A DNA stretch of 64,000 nt, taken from the NCBI RefSeq assembly GCF_009914755.1, contig NC_060940.1. One strand, written 5' to 3'. This DNA comes from the human T2T-CHM13v2.0 reference genome, Homo sapiens. The notes beneath the pieces are model-generated. The model had not been told where the DNA came from. It did no database searches and saw nothing but the letters and a program-made list of their open reading frames with translations. Every line of letters begins with the position of its first letter. The first letter of the stretch is position 1. A program made the position numbers and the translations under genes. Shown in pieces: positions 44,301 through 59,295 of the stretch.

Positions 44301-47219
44301 TGATGATTCCATTCATGTCGATTTGGTGATTCCATTTGACTTCATTTGATGATGATTCCTTTCAAGTTCATTAGATGATTCCATTCGATTCCATTTGATG
44401 ATGATCCCATTCGAGTCCATTCAGTGATTCCACTCGTTTCCATTCCATGATGATTCCATTCCATTCCATTCAATGATTCCATTCGATTCCGTTTGATGAT
44501 GATTTCATTCGAGTCCATTTGATGATTCCATTTGATTCCATTCGATGATGATTACATTCGAGTCCATACGATGATTCCACTCAATTCCATATGATGATGA
44601 TTCCATTCGATTCCATTCGATGATTCCATTCTATTCTATTCAATGGTGATTCCATTCGAGTACATTAGATGATTCCATTCGATTCCATTCAATGATGATT
44701 CTATTTGTGTGCCTTAGATGGTTCCACATGATTCCATTTCATGATGATACTATTTGAGCCCATCCAATGATTCCCTTCGATTCCATTCGATGAGGATTCC
44801 ATTCGATTCAATTCATTGGTGATTCTATTCAATTCAATTCTTTGATTCCATTCCATTCCATTCGACAATGATTCCATTCGATTTCTTTCGATGATTCCAC
44901 TCGATTCCACTTGACATTGATTCCATTCGATTCCATTCAATGATTCCGTTTGATTCCAGTGGATGATGATTGCCATCGATTCCATTCGATCACTCCATTC
45001 TATTCCATTTGATGATGATTACATTCGATTCCATTTGATGATTCCATCTGATTCTATTCGAGGATTCCATTTGATTCCATTCGATGATGATTCCATTCGA
45101 GTGCATTCGATGATTTCATTCGAGTACATCCAATGATTCCATTCGAGTCCATTTGATGATTCCATTTGATTCCATTTGATTATGATTCTACTAGAGTCCA
45201 TTCAATGACTCCATTCGAATCCATTCTACAATTCCATTCGAGGCCATTCGATGATTCCATTTCATGATTCCATTCGAGTCCATTTAATCATTACAGTCGA
45301 GTCAATTTGGTGATTCCACTGGATTTCTTTTGATAATGATACCATTCAATTACATTTGATGATGATCCCATTCAATTTCATTTGATGGTGATTCCATTAG
45401 AGTCCATTCGATGATTTCATTCGAGTCCCTTCATTGATTCCATCCGATTTCATTGGATGATGACTCCATTCGAGTCCATTCGATGATTCCACTCGATTCC
45501 ATTAGATGATTCCATTGGAGTCCATTTGATTGTTCCATTCGATTCTATTCGATTCCTTTCGAAGATTATTCCATTTGAGTCCATTCGATGATGATTCCAT
45601 TCCATTCCATTCGATGATTCCGTTTGATTCCATTCGATGATTCCCTTCGATTCCTTTCTTTGATGATTCCATTCCATTCCATTCAATGATTCCATTCGAA
45701 TCTATTCCATGATGATTCCTTTCGATTCCATTCGCTGATGTTTCCGTTCAATTCCATTCGATGATGATTCCATTCGATTCCATTCATTGAGGATTCCATT
45801 TGATTCCATTCAATGATGATTCCATTCTATTCCATTCAATGATTGCATTCAATTCCATTCAATGATTATCCCCTTAGTGTAAACTCAACGATTCCATTCA
45901 ATACCATTCGATGATGATTCCTTTTGAGTCCATTCAATGATTTCATTCAAGTCCATTTGATGATTCCTTTCAATTCCATTCTATGATGATTCCATTCGAG
46001 TCCATTCGATGATTCCATTCGATTGCATTCGATGATTCCATTATATTCCATTCAACGATGATTCCATTCGAGTCCATTCGATGATTCCATTAGAGTACAT
46101 TTAATGATTGTTTGTTTTCAATTCGAAGATGATTACATTGGATTCCATTCTATGATACCATTCGATTCCATTCAATGATGATTCCACTCAAATCCATTGG
46201 ATGATTCCATTCGTGTCCATTCGGTGATTTCATTAGATTCCATTCGAGGATGATTCCATTCGATTCCATTCGATGATTCCATTCAATTCCATTCGATGAT
46301 GATTCCATTCCAGTCCATATGATCATTCCATTTGATTTCATTCGATGATGATTCCATTCGATTCCATTCGATGATTCCATTCTATTCCATTCGATGATGA
46401 TTCCACTCGAGTCCATTAGATGATTCCATTCGAGTCCATTTAATGATTCCATTGGGTTCAATTCAATGATGATTACATTGGATTCCGTTCTATGATTCCA
46501 TTCAATTCCGTTCATTGACAATTTGATTCCATTCGATGATGATTCCATTTGAGTTCATTCGATGATTCTATTCGATTCTCTTCGATGGTGATTCAATTCT
46601 ATTATATTGGATGATTCCATTCGATTCCATTTGATGTTGATTCAATTCGATTCTATTCGATGATGATTCCATTGGATTTCACTTGATGATTCTATTCGAT
46701 TCCATTCAATGATGATTCACTTCTCGTCCATTGGATGATTCCATTTCATTCCATTCGATGATGATTCCATTCGATTCCATTCGATGATTCCATTTGATTC
46801 CATGCGACGGTGAGCAATTCGATTCAATTCCATGATGATTCTATTTGATTCAATTAGATGATGTTTCCATTCGAATCCATTCCATGATTATTCCATTGGA
46901 ATCCATTCGGCGATGATTCCATATGAGTCAATTCAATGATGATTCCATATGGGTCCGTTCGATGATAATTCCATTTGATTTCATTCGATGCTTCTATTCT
47001 ATTCCAGTCGATGATGATTCCGTTGGAGTCCATACGATGATTCGATTTGATTTCATTTGATGATGATTCCATTCGATGATGATTACATTGGATTCCATTC
47101 TATGATTCCATTCAATTCCATTCGTTGATGATTCGATTCCATTCAATGATGATTCCATTTGAGTTCATTCGATGATTCTATTCGATTCCGTTCGATGGTG
47201 ATTCAATTCTCTTATATTG
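41368..47219. repeat. 6.1-kb unit U1' (5,852 bp)
   Basis: All U1 indels are present, plus a private 1-bp deletion near 46110 (gattgtttg vs gattgctttg). Confidence 0.88.
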
Positions 47220-50200
47220 GATGATTCCAGTCGATTCCATTTGATGATTATTCCATTGGAGTCCACTTAGTGAATCCTTTGGATTCTACTCGACGATGAT
47301 TCCATTCGAGTCCATTCGATGATACCATTCAATTCCATTCGTTGATGCTTCCATTCAAGTGCATTCGATGATATCATTCGATTCCATTTGATGATAATCC
47401 CATTTGATTCCATGCGATGATTCTATTCGATTCCATTCAATGATAATTCCATTCAATTCAGTGATTCCTCTGGACTCCATTTGATGATGATTCCATTCAA
47501 TGATTCCATTCGATTCTATTCGAAAATGATTCCATTTGAATCCATTTGATGATGATTCCATTCCATTCCATTTGATGATTCCATTCTATTCTATTCGATG
47601 ATGATTCCATTCGATTCCATTCGATGATGATTGGATTCGATTCCATTTGATGATTTCATTTGATTCCATTCGTTAATGATTTCGACCAATTCCATTCGAT
47701 GATTCCATTCGATTCCATTCGATAATGATTACATCCGAGTCCATTCAATGATTCCATTTGAGCCTGTTCGATAATTCCATTTGAGTCCAACCAATGATTC
47801 CATTCATTTCCATTCAATGATTCCATTCGAGTCCATTTGATCATTCCGGTAGGGTCCATTCGATGTTGATTCCATTGGAGTGCATTCGATGATTCCATTC
47901 GAGTCCATTTTAGGATTTGATTCGAGTCCTTTCGATGATTCCATTCGATTCCACTCGATGATGATTTCATTCGAGTCCATTCGACACTTCCAATCGATTC
48001 CATTTGATGATTCCATTCGAGTCCAATTGATGATTCCATTCAATTCCATTCGATGATGATTCCGTACGATTCCATTCTGTGATGATTCCATGTGATTGCA
48101 TTCAATGATGATTCCTTTCGATTGCATTCGATTATGATTCATTTCGTGGTCATGCTATGGTTCCACAGGTTTCCATTCGTGTCCATTCCATTATTCCATT
48201 CTATTCCATTTGATGATGATTCCATTCGATTCCATTCATTGGTGATTCCACTCAATTCCATTCAATGATTCCATTCCATTTCTTTCAACAATGATTCCAT
48301 TAGTTTCTAATTGATGATCCACTTGATTCCATTTGACGACGATTCCATTCTTGTCCATTCGATGATTCCATTTGATTCCATATGATGATGATTCCATTCG
48401 ATTCCATACGATGATGATTCCATTCGAGTCCATTCAATGGTGATTCCATTCAATTCCATTCGATGATTCCTTTCGATTCCATTCGATGATGATGGCATTC
48501 GATTCCTTTCAATCATTCCCTTTGATTCCATTCAAAGGTGATTTCATTCAAGTCCATTCGATAATTGCATTCGATTCCATTCTATGATGATTCCATTCGA
48601 GTCCATTTGATGATTCCATTCAATTCAAGTCAATGATGATTCCATTCGATTCCATTCGATGATTCCATTGGATTCCATTCGATGATGATTCCATTCAAAT
48701 CCATTCGATAATTCAATTCAAGTCCATTCGATGATGATTCCAATCGAATCCATTCAAAGATTCCATTCAGTTCCATTCGATGATTCCCTTAGATTCCATT
48801 CGATGATTCCACTTGATTGCATTTACGATGATTCCATTCGATTCCATGTGATGATTCCATTCAATTCTATTCAATGATGTCTCCATTTGATTCCATTCGA
48901 CCATGATTGCCTTTGATTCCATTCAATGATTCCATTCGGTTCCGTTTGATGATGATTCCGTTCGATTCCATTTGATGATTCCATTTGATTCCATTGGATG
49001 AGTCCATTTGATTACATTCGATGATTATTCCATTCGAGTGCATTAGGTGATTCCATTCGAGTCCATTCGATGATTCCATTCGATTCCATTCGATGTTGAT
49101 TCTGTTCAAATCCATTCGATGATTCCACTCGATTCCATTCGATGACTCCATTTGATCCCATTCGATGATTTCCTTTGATTCCCTTTGATGATCATTCCAT
49201 TTGATTCAATTCGGTGATTTCATTTGATTCCATTCAGCGATGTTTCCATTCGACTCCATTCGATGATGATTCCATTCGACTCCATTCGATTATGATTTCA
49301 TTCAATTCCATTCGATAATGATTCCCTTCGAGTCCATTCGATGATTCCATTCGATTCCATTCAACGATGATTTGATTCGTGTCCATTCGATGATTCCATT
49401 TGATTCCACTTGATGATGATTCCATTCGAGTCCATTTGATGATTCCATTCAATTCCATACTCCGATGATTTCTTTTGAGCCCACTCAATGCTTCCACTCG
49501 ATTCCATATGATGATGACTCCATTCGATGAAATTCGATGATGATTCCATTCGCTTGCTTTCGATGATGATTCCACTTGAGTCCGTTAGAAGATTCTATTC
49601 AATTACATTCCATGACGATTCCGTTCGAGTCCATTTGATGATTCCATTAGACTCCATTCGACGATGATTCCATTCGATGTTATTCGATGATTCCATTCGA
49701 TCTCATTCGATGATGATTCCATTCAACTCCATTCGATGTTTCCATTCGAGTTCATTCTATTATTCCATTAGATTCCATTCGATGATGATTCCATTCGATT
49801 CCATTTGATGATTGCATTCTATTTCATTTGATGATGATTCCATTCGAGTCCACTCGATGATTCCATTCGAGTCCATTTAATGAATCCATTGGTTTCAATT
49901 CTATGATGATTACATTGGATTCCATTCGTTGATGATTTCATTCGGTTCCATTCAATGATGATTCCATTCAATTCCTTTCAATGTTTCCATTCAATTCCAT
50001 ACGATGATGATTCCATTTGATTTGATTCGACAGTGAGCCATTCGATTCAATTCCATGATGATTCTATTTGATTCAATTGGTTGACATTTCCATTCGATTC
50101 CATTCGATGATGATTCCCTTTGATTCCGTTCAAAGATGATTCCATTCTAGCCCATTCAATCATTCCATTCGATTCTATTCAATGATGATTCCATTCATGT

Positions 50201-53184
50201 CGATTTGGTGATTCCATTTGACTTCATTTGATGATGATTCCTTTCAAGTTCATTAGATGATTCCATTCGATTCCATTTGATGATGATCCCATTCGAGTCC
50301 ATTCAGTGATTCCATTCGTTTCCATTCCATGATGATTCCATTCCTTTCCATTCAATGATTCCATTCGATTCCGTTTGATGATGATTTCATTCGAGTCCAT
50401 TTGATGATTCCATTTGATTCCATTCGATGATGATTCCATTCGAGTCCATTCGATGATTCTATTCGAATCCATTTGATGATTTCTTTTGATTATATTTGGT
50501 GATGATTCCATTGGAGTCCATTCAATGATTCCATTCTATTCCAATCGATGATGATTCCATTAGAGTCCATTTAATGATTCCATTTGATTCCAGTCTCTGA
50601 TGATTACATTCGAGTCCATACGATGATTCCACTCAATTCCATATGATGATGATTCCATTTGATTCCATTCGGTGATTCCATTCTATTCTATTCAATGGTG
50701 ATTCCATTCGAGTACATTAGATGATTCCATTCGATTCCATTCAATGATGATTCTATTTGTGTCCCTTAGATGATTCCACATGATTCCATTAGATGATGAT
50801 ACTATTTGAGCCCATCCAATGATTCCCTTCGATTCCATTCGATGAGGATTCCATTCGATTCAATTCATTGGTGATTCTATTCAATTCAATTCTTTGATTC
50901 CATTCCATTCCATTCGACAATGATTCCATTCGATTTCTTTTGATGATTCCACTCGATTCCACTTGACATTGATTCCATTCGATTCCATTCAATGATTCCA
51001 TTTGATTCCAGTGGATGATGATTGCCATCGATTCCATTCGATCACTCCATTCTATTCCATTTGATGATGATTACATTCGATTCCATTTGATGATTCCATC
51101 TGATTCTATTCGAGGATTCCATTTGATTCCATTCGATGATGATTCCATTCGAGTCCATTCGATGATTTCATTCGAGTACATCCAATGATTCCATTCGAGT
51201 CCATTAGATGATTCCATTTGATTCCATTTGAAAATGATTCTACTAGAGTCCATTCAATGACTCCATTCGAGTCCATTCAACAATTCCATTCGACTCCATT
51301 CGATGATTCCATTCGATTCCATTTGATGGTTCCATTCGAGTCCATTTAATCATTACAGTCGAGTCCATTTGGTGATTCCACTGGATTTCTTTTGATAATG
51401 ATACCATTCAATTACATTTGATGATGATCCCATTCAATTTCATTTGATGATGATTCCATTAGAGTCCATTCGATGATTTCATTCGAGTCCCTTCATTGAT
51501 TCCATCCGATTTCATTGGATGATGACTCCATTCGAGTCCATTCGATGATTCCACTCGATTCCATTAGATGATTCCATTGGAGTCCATTTGATTGTTCCAT
51601 TCGATTCCATTCGATTCCTTTCGAAGATTATTCCATTTGAGTCCATTCGATGATGATTCCATTCCATTCCATTCGATGATTCCGTTTGATTCCATTCGAT
51701 GATTCCCTTTGATTCCTTTCTGTGATGATTCCATTCCATTCCATTCAATGATTCCATTCGAATCTATTCCATGATGATTCCTTTCGATTCCATTCGCTGA
51801 TGTTTCCATTCAATTCCATTCGATGATGATTCCATTCGATTCCATTCATTGAGGATTCCATTTGATTCCATTCAATGATGATTCCATTCTATTCCATTCA
51901 ATGATTGCATTCAATTCCATTCAATGATTATCCCCTTAGAGTAAACTCAACGATTCCATTCAATACCATTCGATGATGATTCCTTTTGAGTCCATTCAAT
52001 GATTTCATTCAAGTCCATTTGATGATTCCTTTCAATTCCATTCTATGATGATTCCATTCGAGTCCATTCGATGATTCCATTCAATTGCATTCGATGATTC
52101 CATTATATTCCATTCAACGGTGATTCCATTGGAGTCCATTCCATGATTCCATTAGAGTACATTTAATGATTGCTTTGTTTTCAATTCGAAGATGATTACA
52201 TTGGATTCCATTCTATGATACCATTCGATTCCATTCAATGATGATTCCACTCAAATCCATTGGATGATTCCATTCGTGTCCATTCAGTGATTTCATTAGA
52301 TTCCATTCGAGGATGATTCCATTCGATTCCATTCGACGATTCCATTCTATTCCATTCGATGATGATTCCACTCGAGTCCATTCGATGATTCCATTCGAGT
52401 CCATTTAATGATTCCATTGGGTTCAATTCAATGATGATTACATTGGATTCCGTTCTATGATTCCATTCAATTCCGTTCATTGACAATTTGATTCCATTCG
52501 ATGATGATTCCTTTTGAGTTCATTCGATGATTCTATTCGATTCTCTTCGATGGTGATTCAATTCTATTATATTGGATGATTCCATTCGATTCCATTTGAT
52601 GTTGATTCAATTCGATTCTATTCGATGATGATTCCATTGGATTTCACTTGATGATTCTATTCGATTCCATTCAATGATGATTCACTTCTCGTCCATTGGA
52701 TGATTCCATTTCATTCCATTCGATGATGATTCCATTCGATTCCATTCGATGATTCCATTTGATTCCATGCGACGGTGAGCAATTCGATTCAATTCCATGA
52801 TGATTCTATTTGATTCAATTAGATGATGTTTCCATTCGAATCCATTCCATGATTATTCCATTGGAATCCATTCGGCGATGATTCCATATGAGTCAATTCA
52901 ATGATGATTCCATACGGGTCCGTTCGATGATAATTCCATTTGATTTCATTCGATGCTTCTATTCTATTCCAGTCGATGATGATTCCGTTGGAGTCCATAC
53001 GATGATTCCATTTGATTTCATTTGATGATGATTCCATTCGATGATGATTACATTGGATTCCATTCTATGATTCCATTCAATTCCATTCGTTGATGATTCG
53101 ATTCCATTCAATGATGATTCCATTTGAGTTCATTCGATGATTCTATTCGATTCCGTTCGATGGTGATTCAATTGTATTATATTG
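47220..53184. repeat. 6.1-kb unit U2' (5,965 bp; -49 near 47565, private -98 near 52325)
   Basis: 47355->53320 = 5,965. Confidence 0.88.
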
Positions 53185-56100
53185 GATGATTCCACTCGAT
53201 TCCATTTGATGATTATTCCATTGGAGTCCACTTAGTGAATCCTTTAGATTCTACTCGACGATGATTCCATTCGAGTCCATTCGATGATACCATTCAATTC
53301 CATTCGTTGATGCTTCCATTCAAGTGCATTCGATGATATCATTCGATTCCATTTGATGATAATTCCATTTGATTCCATGCGATGATTCTATTCGATTCCA
53401 TTCAATGATAATTCCATTCAATTCAGTGATTCCTCTGGACTCCATTTGATGATGATTCCATTCAATGATTCCATTCGATTCTATTCGAAAATGATTCCAT
53501 TTGAATCCATTTGATGATGATTCCATTGGATTCCATTTGATGATTCCATTCGATTCCATTCGACGATGATTCATTCGATTCCATTGGATGATTCCATTCT
53601 ATTCTATTCGATGATGATTCCATTTGATTCCATTCGATGATGATTGGATTCGATTCCATTTGATGATTTCATTTGATTCCATTCGTTAATGATTTCGATC
53701 AATTCCATTCGATGATTCCATTCGATTCCATTCGATAATGATTACATCCGAGTCCATTCGATGATTCCCTTTGAGCCTGTTCGATAATTCCATTTGAGTC
53801 CAACCAATGATTCCATTCATTTCCATTCAATGATTCCATTCGAGTCCATTTGATCATTCCGGTAGGGTCCATTCGATGTTGATTCCATTGGAGTGCATTC
53901 GATGATTCCATTCGAGTCCATTTTAGGATTTGATTCGAGTCCTTTCGATGATTCCATTCGATTCCACTCGATGATGATTTCATTCGAGTCCATTCGACAC
54001 TTCCAATCGATTCCATTTGATGATTCCATTCGAGTCCAATTGATGATTCCATTCAATTCCATTCGATGATGATTCCGTACGATTCCATTCTGTGATGATT
54101 CCATGTGATTGCATTCAATGATGATTCCTTTCGATTGCATTCGATTATGATTCATTTCGTGTTCATTCTATGGTTCCACAGGTTTCCATTCGTGTCCATT
54201 CCATTATTCCATTCTATTCCATTTGATGATGATTCCATTCGATTCCATTCATTGGTGATTCCACTCAATTCCATTCAATGATTCCATTCCATTTCTTTCA
54301 ACAATGATTCCATTAGTTTCTAATCGATGATCCACTTGATTCCATTTGACGACGATTCCATTCTTGTCCATTCGATGATTCCATTTGATTCCATATGATG
54401 ATGATTCCATTCGATTCCATACCATGATGATTCCATTCGAGTCCATTCAATGGTGATTCCATTCAATTCCATTCGATGATTCCTTTTGATTCCATTCGAT
54501 GATGATGGCATTCGATTCCTTTCAATCATTCCCTTTGATTCCATTCAAAGGTGATTTCATTCAAGTCCATTCGATAATTGCATTCGATTCCATTCTATGA
54601 TGATTCCATTCGAGTCCATTTGATGATTCCATTCAATTCAAGTCAATGATGATTCCATTCGATTCCATTCGATGATTCCATTGGATTCCATTCGATGATG
54701 ATTCCATTCAAATCCATTCGATAATTCAATTCAAGTCCATTCGATGATGATTCCAATCGAATCCATTCAAAGATTCCATTCAGTTCCATTCGATGATTCC
54801 CTTAGATTCCATTCGATGATTCCACTTGATTGCATTTACGATGATTCCATTCGATTCCATGTGATGATTCCATTCAATTCTATTCAATGATGTCTCCATT
54901 TGATTCCATTCGACCATGATTGCCTTTGATTCCATTCAATGATTCCATTCGGTTCCGTTTGATGATGATTCCGTTCGATTCCATTTGATGATTCCATTTG
55001 ATTCCATTGGATGAGTCCATTCGATTCCATTCGATGATTATTCCATTCGAGTGCATTAGATGATTCCATTCGAGTCCATTCGATGATTCCATTCGATTCC
55101 ATTCGATGTTGATTCTGTTCAAATCCATTCGATGATTCCACTCGATTCCATTCGTTGACTCCATTTGATCCCATTCGATGATTTCCTTTGATTCCCTTTG
55201 ATGATCATTCCATTTGATTCAATTCGGTGATTTCATTTGATTCCATTCAGTGATGTTTCCATTCGACTCCATTCGATGATGATTCCATTCGACTCCATTC
55301 GATTATGATTTCATTCAATTCCATTCGATAATGATTCCCTTCGAGTCCATTCGATGATTCCATTCGATTCCATTCAACGATGATTTGATTCGTGTCCATT
55401 CGATGATTCCATTTGATTCCACTTGATGATGATTCCATTCGAGTCCATTTGATGATTCCATTCAATTCCATACTCCGATGATTTCTTTTGAGCCCACTCA
55501 ATGCTTCCACTCGATTCCATATGATGATGACTCCATTCGATGAAATTCGATGATGATTCCATTCGCTTGCTTTCGATGATGATTCCACTTGAGTCCGTTA
55601 GAAGATTCTATTCAATTACATTCCATGACGATTCCGTTCGAGTCCATTTGATGATTCCATTAGACTCCATTCGACGATGATTCCATTCGATGTTATTCGA
55701 TGATTCCATTCGATCTCATTCGATGATGATTCCATTCAACTCCATTCGATGTTTCCATTCGAGTTCATTCTATTATTCCATTAGATTCCATTCGATGATG
55801 ATTCCATTCGATTCCATTTGATGATTGCATTCTATTTCATTTGATGATGATTCCATTCGAGTCCACTCGATGATTCCATTCGAGTCCATTTAATGAATCC
55901 ATTGGTTTCAATTCTATGATGATTACATTGGATTCCATTCGTTGATGATTTCATTCGGTTCCATTCAATGATGATTCCATTCAATTCCTTTCAATGTTTC
56001 CATTCAATTCCATACGATGATGATTCCATTTGATTTGATTCGACAGTGAGCCATTCGATTCAATTCCATGATGATTCTATTTGATTCAATTGGTGGACAT

Positions 56101-59100
56101 TTCCATTCGATTCCATTCGATGATGATTCCCTTTGATTCCGTTCAAAGATGATTCCATTCTAGCCCATTCAATCATTCCATTCGATTCTATTCAATGATG
56201 ATTCCATTCATGTCGATTTGGTGATTCCATTTGACTTCATTTGATGATGATTCCTTTCAAGTTCATTAGATGATTCCATTCGATTCCATTTGATGATGAT
56301 CCCATTCGAGTCCATTCAGTGATTCCATTCGTTTCCATTCCATGATGATTCCATTCCTTTCCATTCAATGATTTCATTCGATTCCGTTTGATGATGATTT
56401 CATTCGAGTCCATTTGATGATTCCATTTGATTCCATTCGATGATGATTCCATTCGAGTCCATTCGATGATTCTATTCGAATCCATTTGATGATTTCTTTT
56501 GATTATATTTGGTGATGATTCCATTGGAGTCCATTCAATGATTCCATTCTATTCCAATCGATGATGATTCCATTAGAGTCCATTTAATGATTCCATTTGA
56601 TTCCAGTCTCTGATGATTACATTCGAGTCCATACGATGATTCCACTCAATTCCATATGATGATGATTCCATTTGATTCCATTCGGTGATTCCGTTCTATT
56701 CTATTCAATGGTGATTCCATTCGAGTACATTAGATGATTCCATTCGATTCCATTCAATGATGATTCTATTTGTGTCCCTTAGATGATTCCACATGATTCC
56801 ATTAGATGATGATACTATTTGAGCCCATCCAATGATTCCCTTCGATTCCATTCGATGAGGATTCCATTCGATTCAATTCATTGGCGATTCTATTCAATTC
56901 AATTCTTTGATTCCATTCCATTCCATTCGACAATGATTCCATTCGATTTCTTTCGATGATTCCACTCGATTCCACTTGACATTGATTCCATTCGATTCCA
57001 TTCAATGATTCCATTTGATTCCAGTGGATGATGATTGCCATCGATTCCATTCGATCACTCCATTCTATTCCATTTGATGATGATTACATTCGATTCCATT
57101 TGATGATTCCATCTGATTCTATTCGAGGATTCCATTTGATTCCATTCGATGATGATTCCATTCGAGTCCATTCGATGATTTCATTCGAGTACATCCAATG
57201 ATTCCATTCGAGTCCATTAGATGATTCCATTTGATTCCATTTGAAAATGATTCTACTAGAGTCCATTCAATGACTCCATTCGAGTCCATTCAACAATTCC
57301 ATTCGACTCCATTCGATGATTCCATTCGATTCCATTTGATGGTTCCATTCGAGTCCATTTAATCATTACAGTCGAGTCCATTTGGTGATTCCACTGGATT
57401 TCTTTTGATAATGATACCATTCAATTACATTTGATGATGATCCCATTCAATTTCATTTGATGATGATTCCATTAGAGTCCATTCGATGATTTCATTCGAG
57501 TCCCTTCATTGATTCCATCCGATTTCATTGGATGATGACTCCATTCGAGTCCATTCGATGATTCCACTCGATTCCATTAGATGACTCCATTGGAGTCCAT
57601 TTGATTGTTCCATTCGATTCCATTCGATTCCTTTCGAAGATTATTCCATTTGAGTCCATTCGATGATGATTCCATTCCATTCCATTCGATGATTCCGTTT
57701 GATTCCATTCGATGATTCCCTTCGATTCCTTTCTTTGATGATTCCATTCCATTCCATTCAATGATTCCATTCGAATCTATTCCATGATGATTCCTTTCGA
57801 TTCCATTCGCTGATGTTTCCGTTCAATTCCATTCGATGATGATTCCATTCGATTCCATTCATTGAGGATTCCATTTGATTCCATTCAATGATGATTCCAT
57901 TCTATTCCATTCAATGATTGCATTCAATTCCATTCAATGATTATCCCCTTAGAGTAAACTCAACGATTCCATTCAATACCATTCGATGATGATTCCTTTT
58001 GAGTCCATTCAATGATTTCATTCAAGTCCATTTGATGATTCCTTTCAATTCCATTCTATGATGATTCCATTCGAGTCCATTCGATGATTCCATTCGATTG
58101 CATTCGATGATTCCATTATATTCCAGTCAACGATGATTCCATTCGAGTCCATTCGATGATTCCATTAGAGTACATTTAATGATTGCTTTGTTTTCAATTC
58201 GAAGATGATTACATTGGATTCCATTCTATGATACCATTCGATTCCATTCAATGATGATTCCACTCAAATCCATTGGATGATTCCATTCGTGTCCATTCGG
58301 TGATTTCATTAGATTCCATTCGAGGATGATTCCATTCGATTCCATTCGATGATTCCATTCAATTCCATTCGATGATGATTCCATTCCAGTCCATATGATC
58401 ATTCCATTTGATTTCATTCGATGATGATTCCATTCGATTCGATTTGACGATTCCATTCTATTCCATTCGATGATGATTCCATTCGAGTCCATTCGATCAT
58501 TCCATTCGAGTCCATTTAATGATTCCATTGGGTTCAATTCAATGATGATTACATTGGATTCCGTTCTATGATTCCATTCAATTCCGTTCATTGACAATTT
58601 GATTCCATTCGATGATGATTCCATTTGAGTTCATTCGATGATTCTATTCGATTCTCTTCGATGGTGATTCAATTCTATTATATTGGATGATTCCATTCGA
58701 TTCCATTTGATGTTGATTCAATTCGATTCTATTCGATGATGATTCCATTGGATTTCACTTGATGATTCTATTCGATTCCATTCAATGATGATTCACTTCT
58801 CGTCCATTGGATGATTCCATTTCATTCCATTCGATGATGATTCCATTCGATTCCATTCGATGATTCCATTTGATTCCATGCGACGGTGAGCAATTCGATT
58901 CAATTCCATGATGATTCTATTTGATTCAATTAGATGATGTTTCCATTCGAATCCATTCCATGATTATTCCATTGGAATCCATTCGGCGATGATTCCATAT
59001 GAGTCAATTCAATGATGATTCCATATGGGTCCGTTCGATGATAATTCCATTTGATTTCATTCGATGCTTCTATTCTATTCCAGTCGATGATGATTCCGTT

Positions 59101-59295
59101 GGAGTCCATACGATGATTCCATTTGATTTCATTTGATGATGATTCCATTCGATGATGATTACATTGGATTCCATTCTATGATTCCATTCAATTCCATTCG
59201 TTGATGATTCGATTCCCTTGAATGATGATTCCACTTGAGTACATTCGATGATTCTATTCGATTCCGTTCGATGGTGATTCAATTCTCTTATATTG
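53185..59295. repeat. 6.1-kb unit U3' (6,111 bp; 1-bp deletion near 53572)
   Basis: 53320->59431 = 6,111. Confidence 0.88.
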
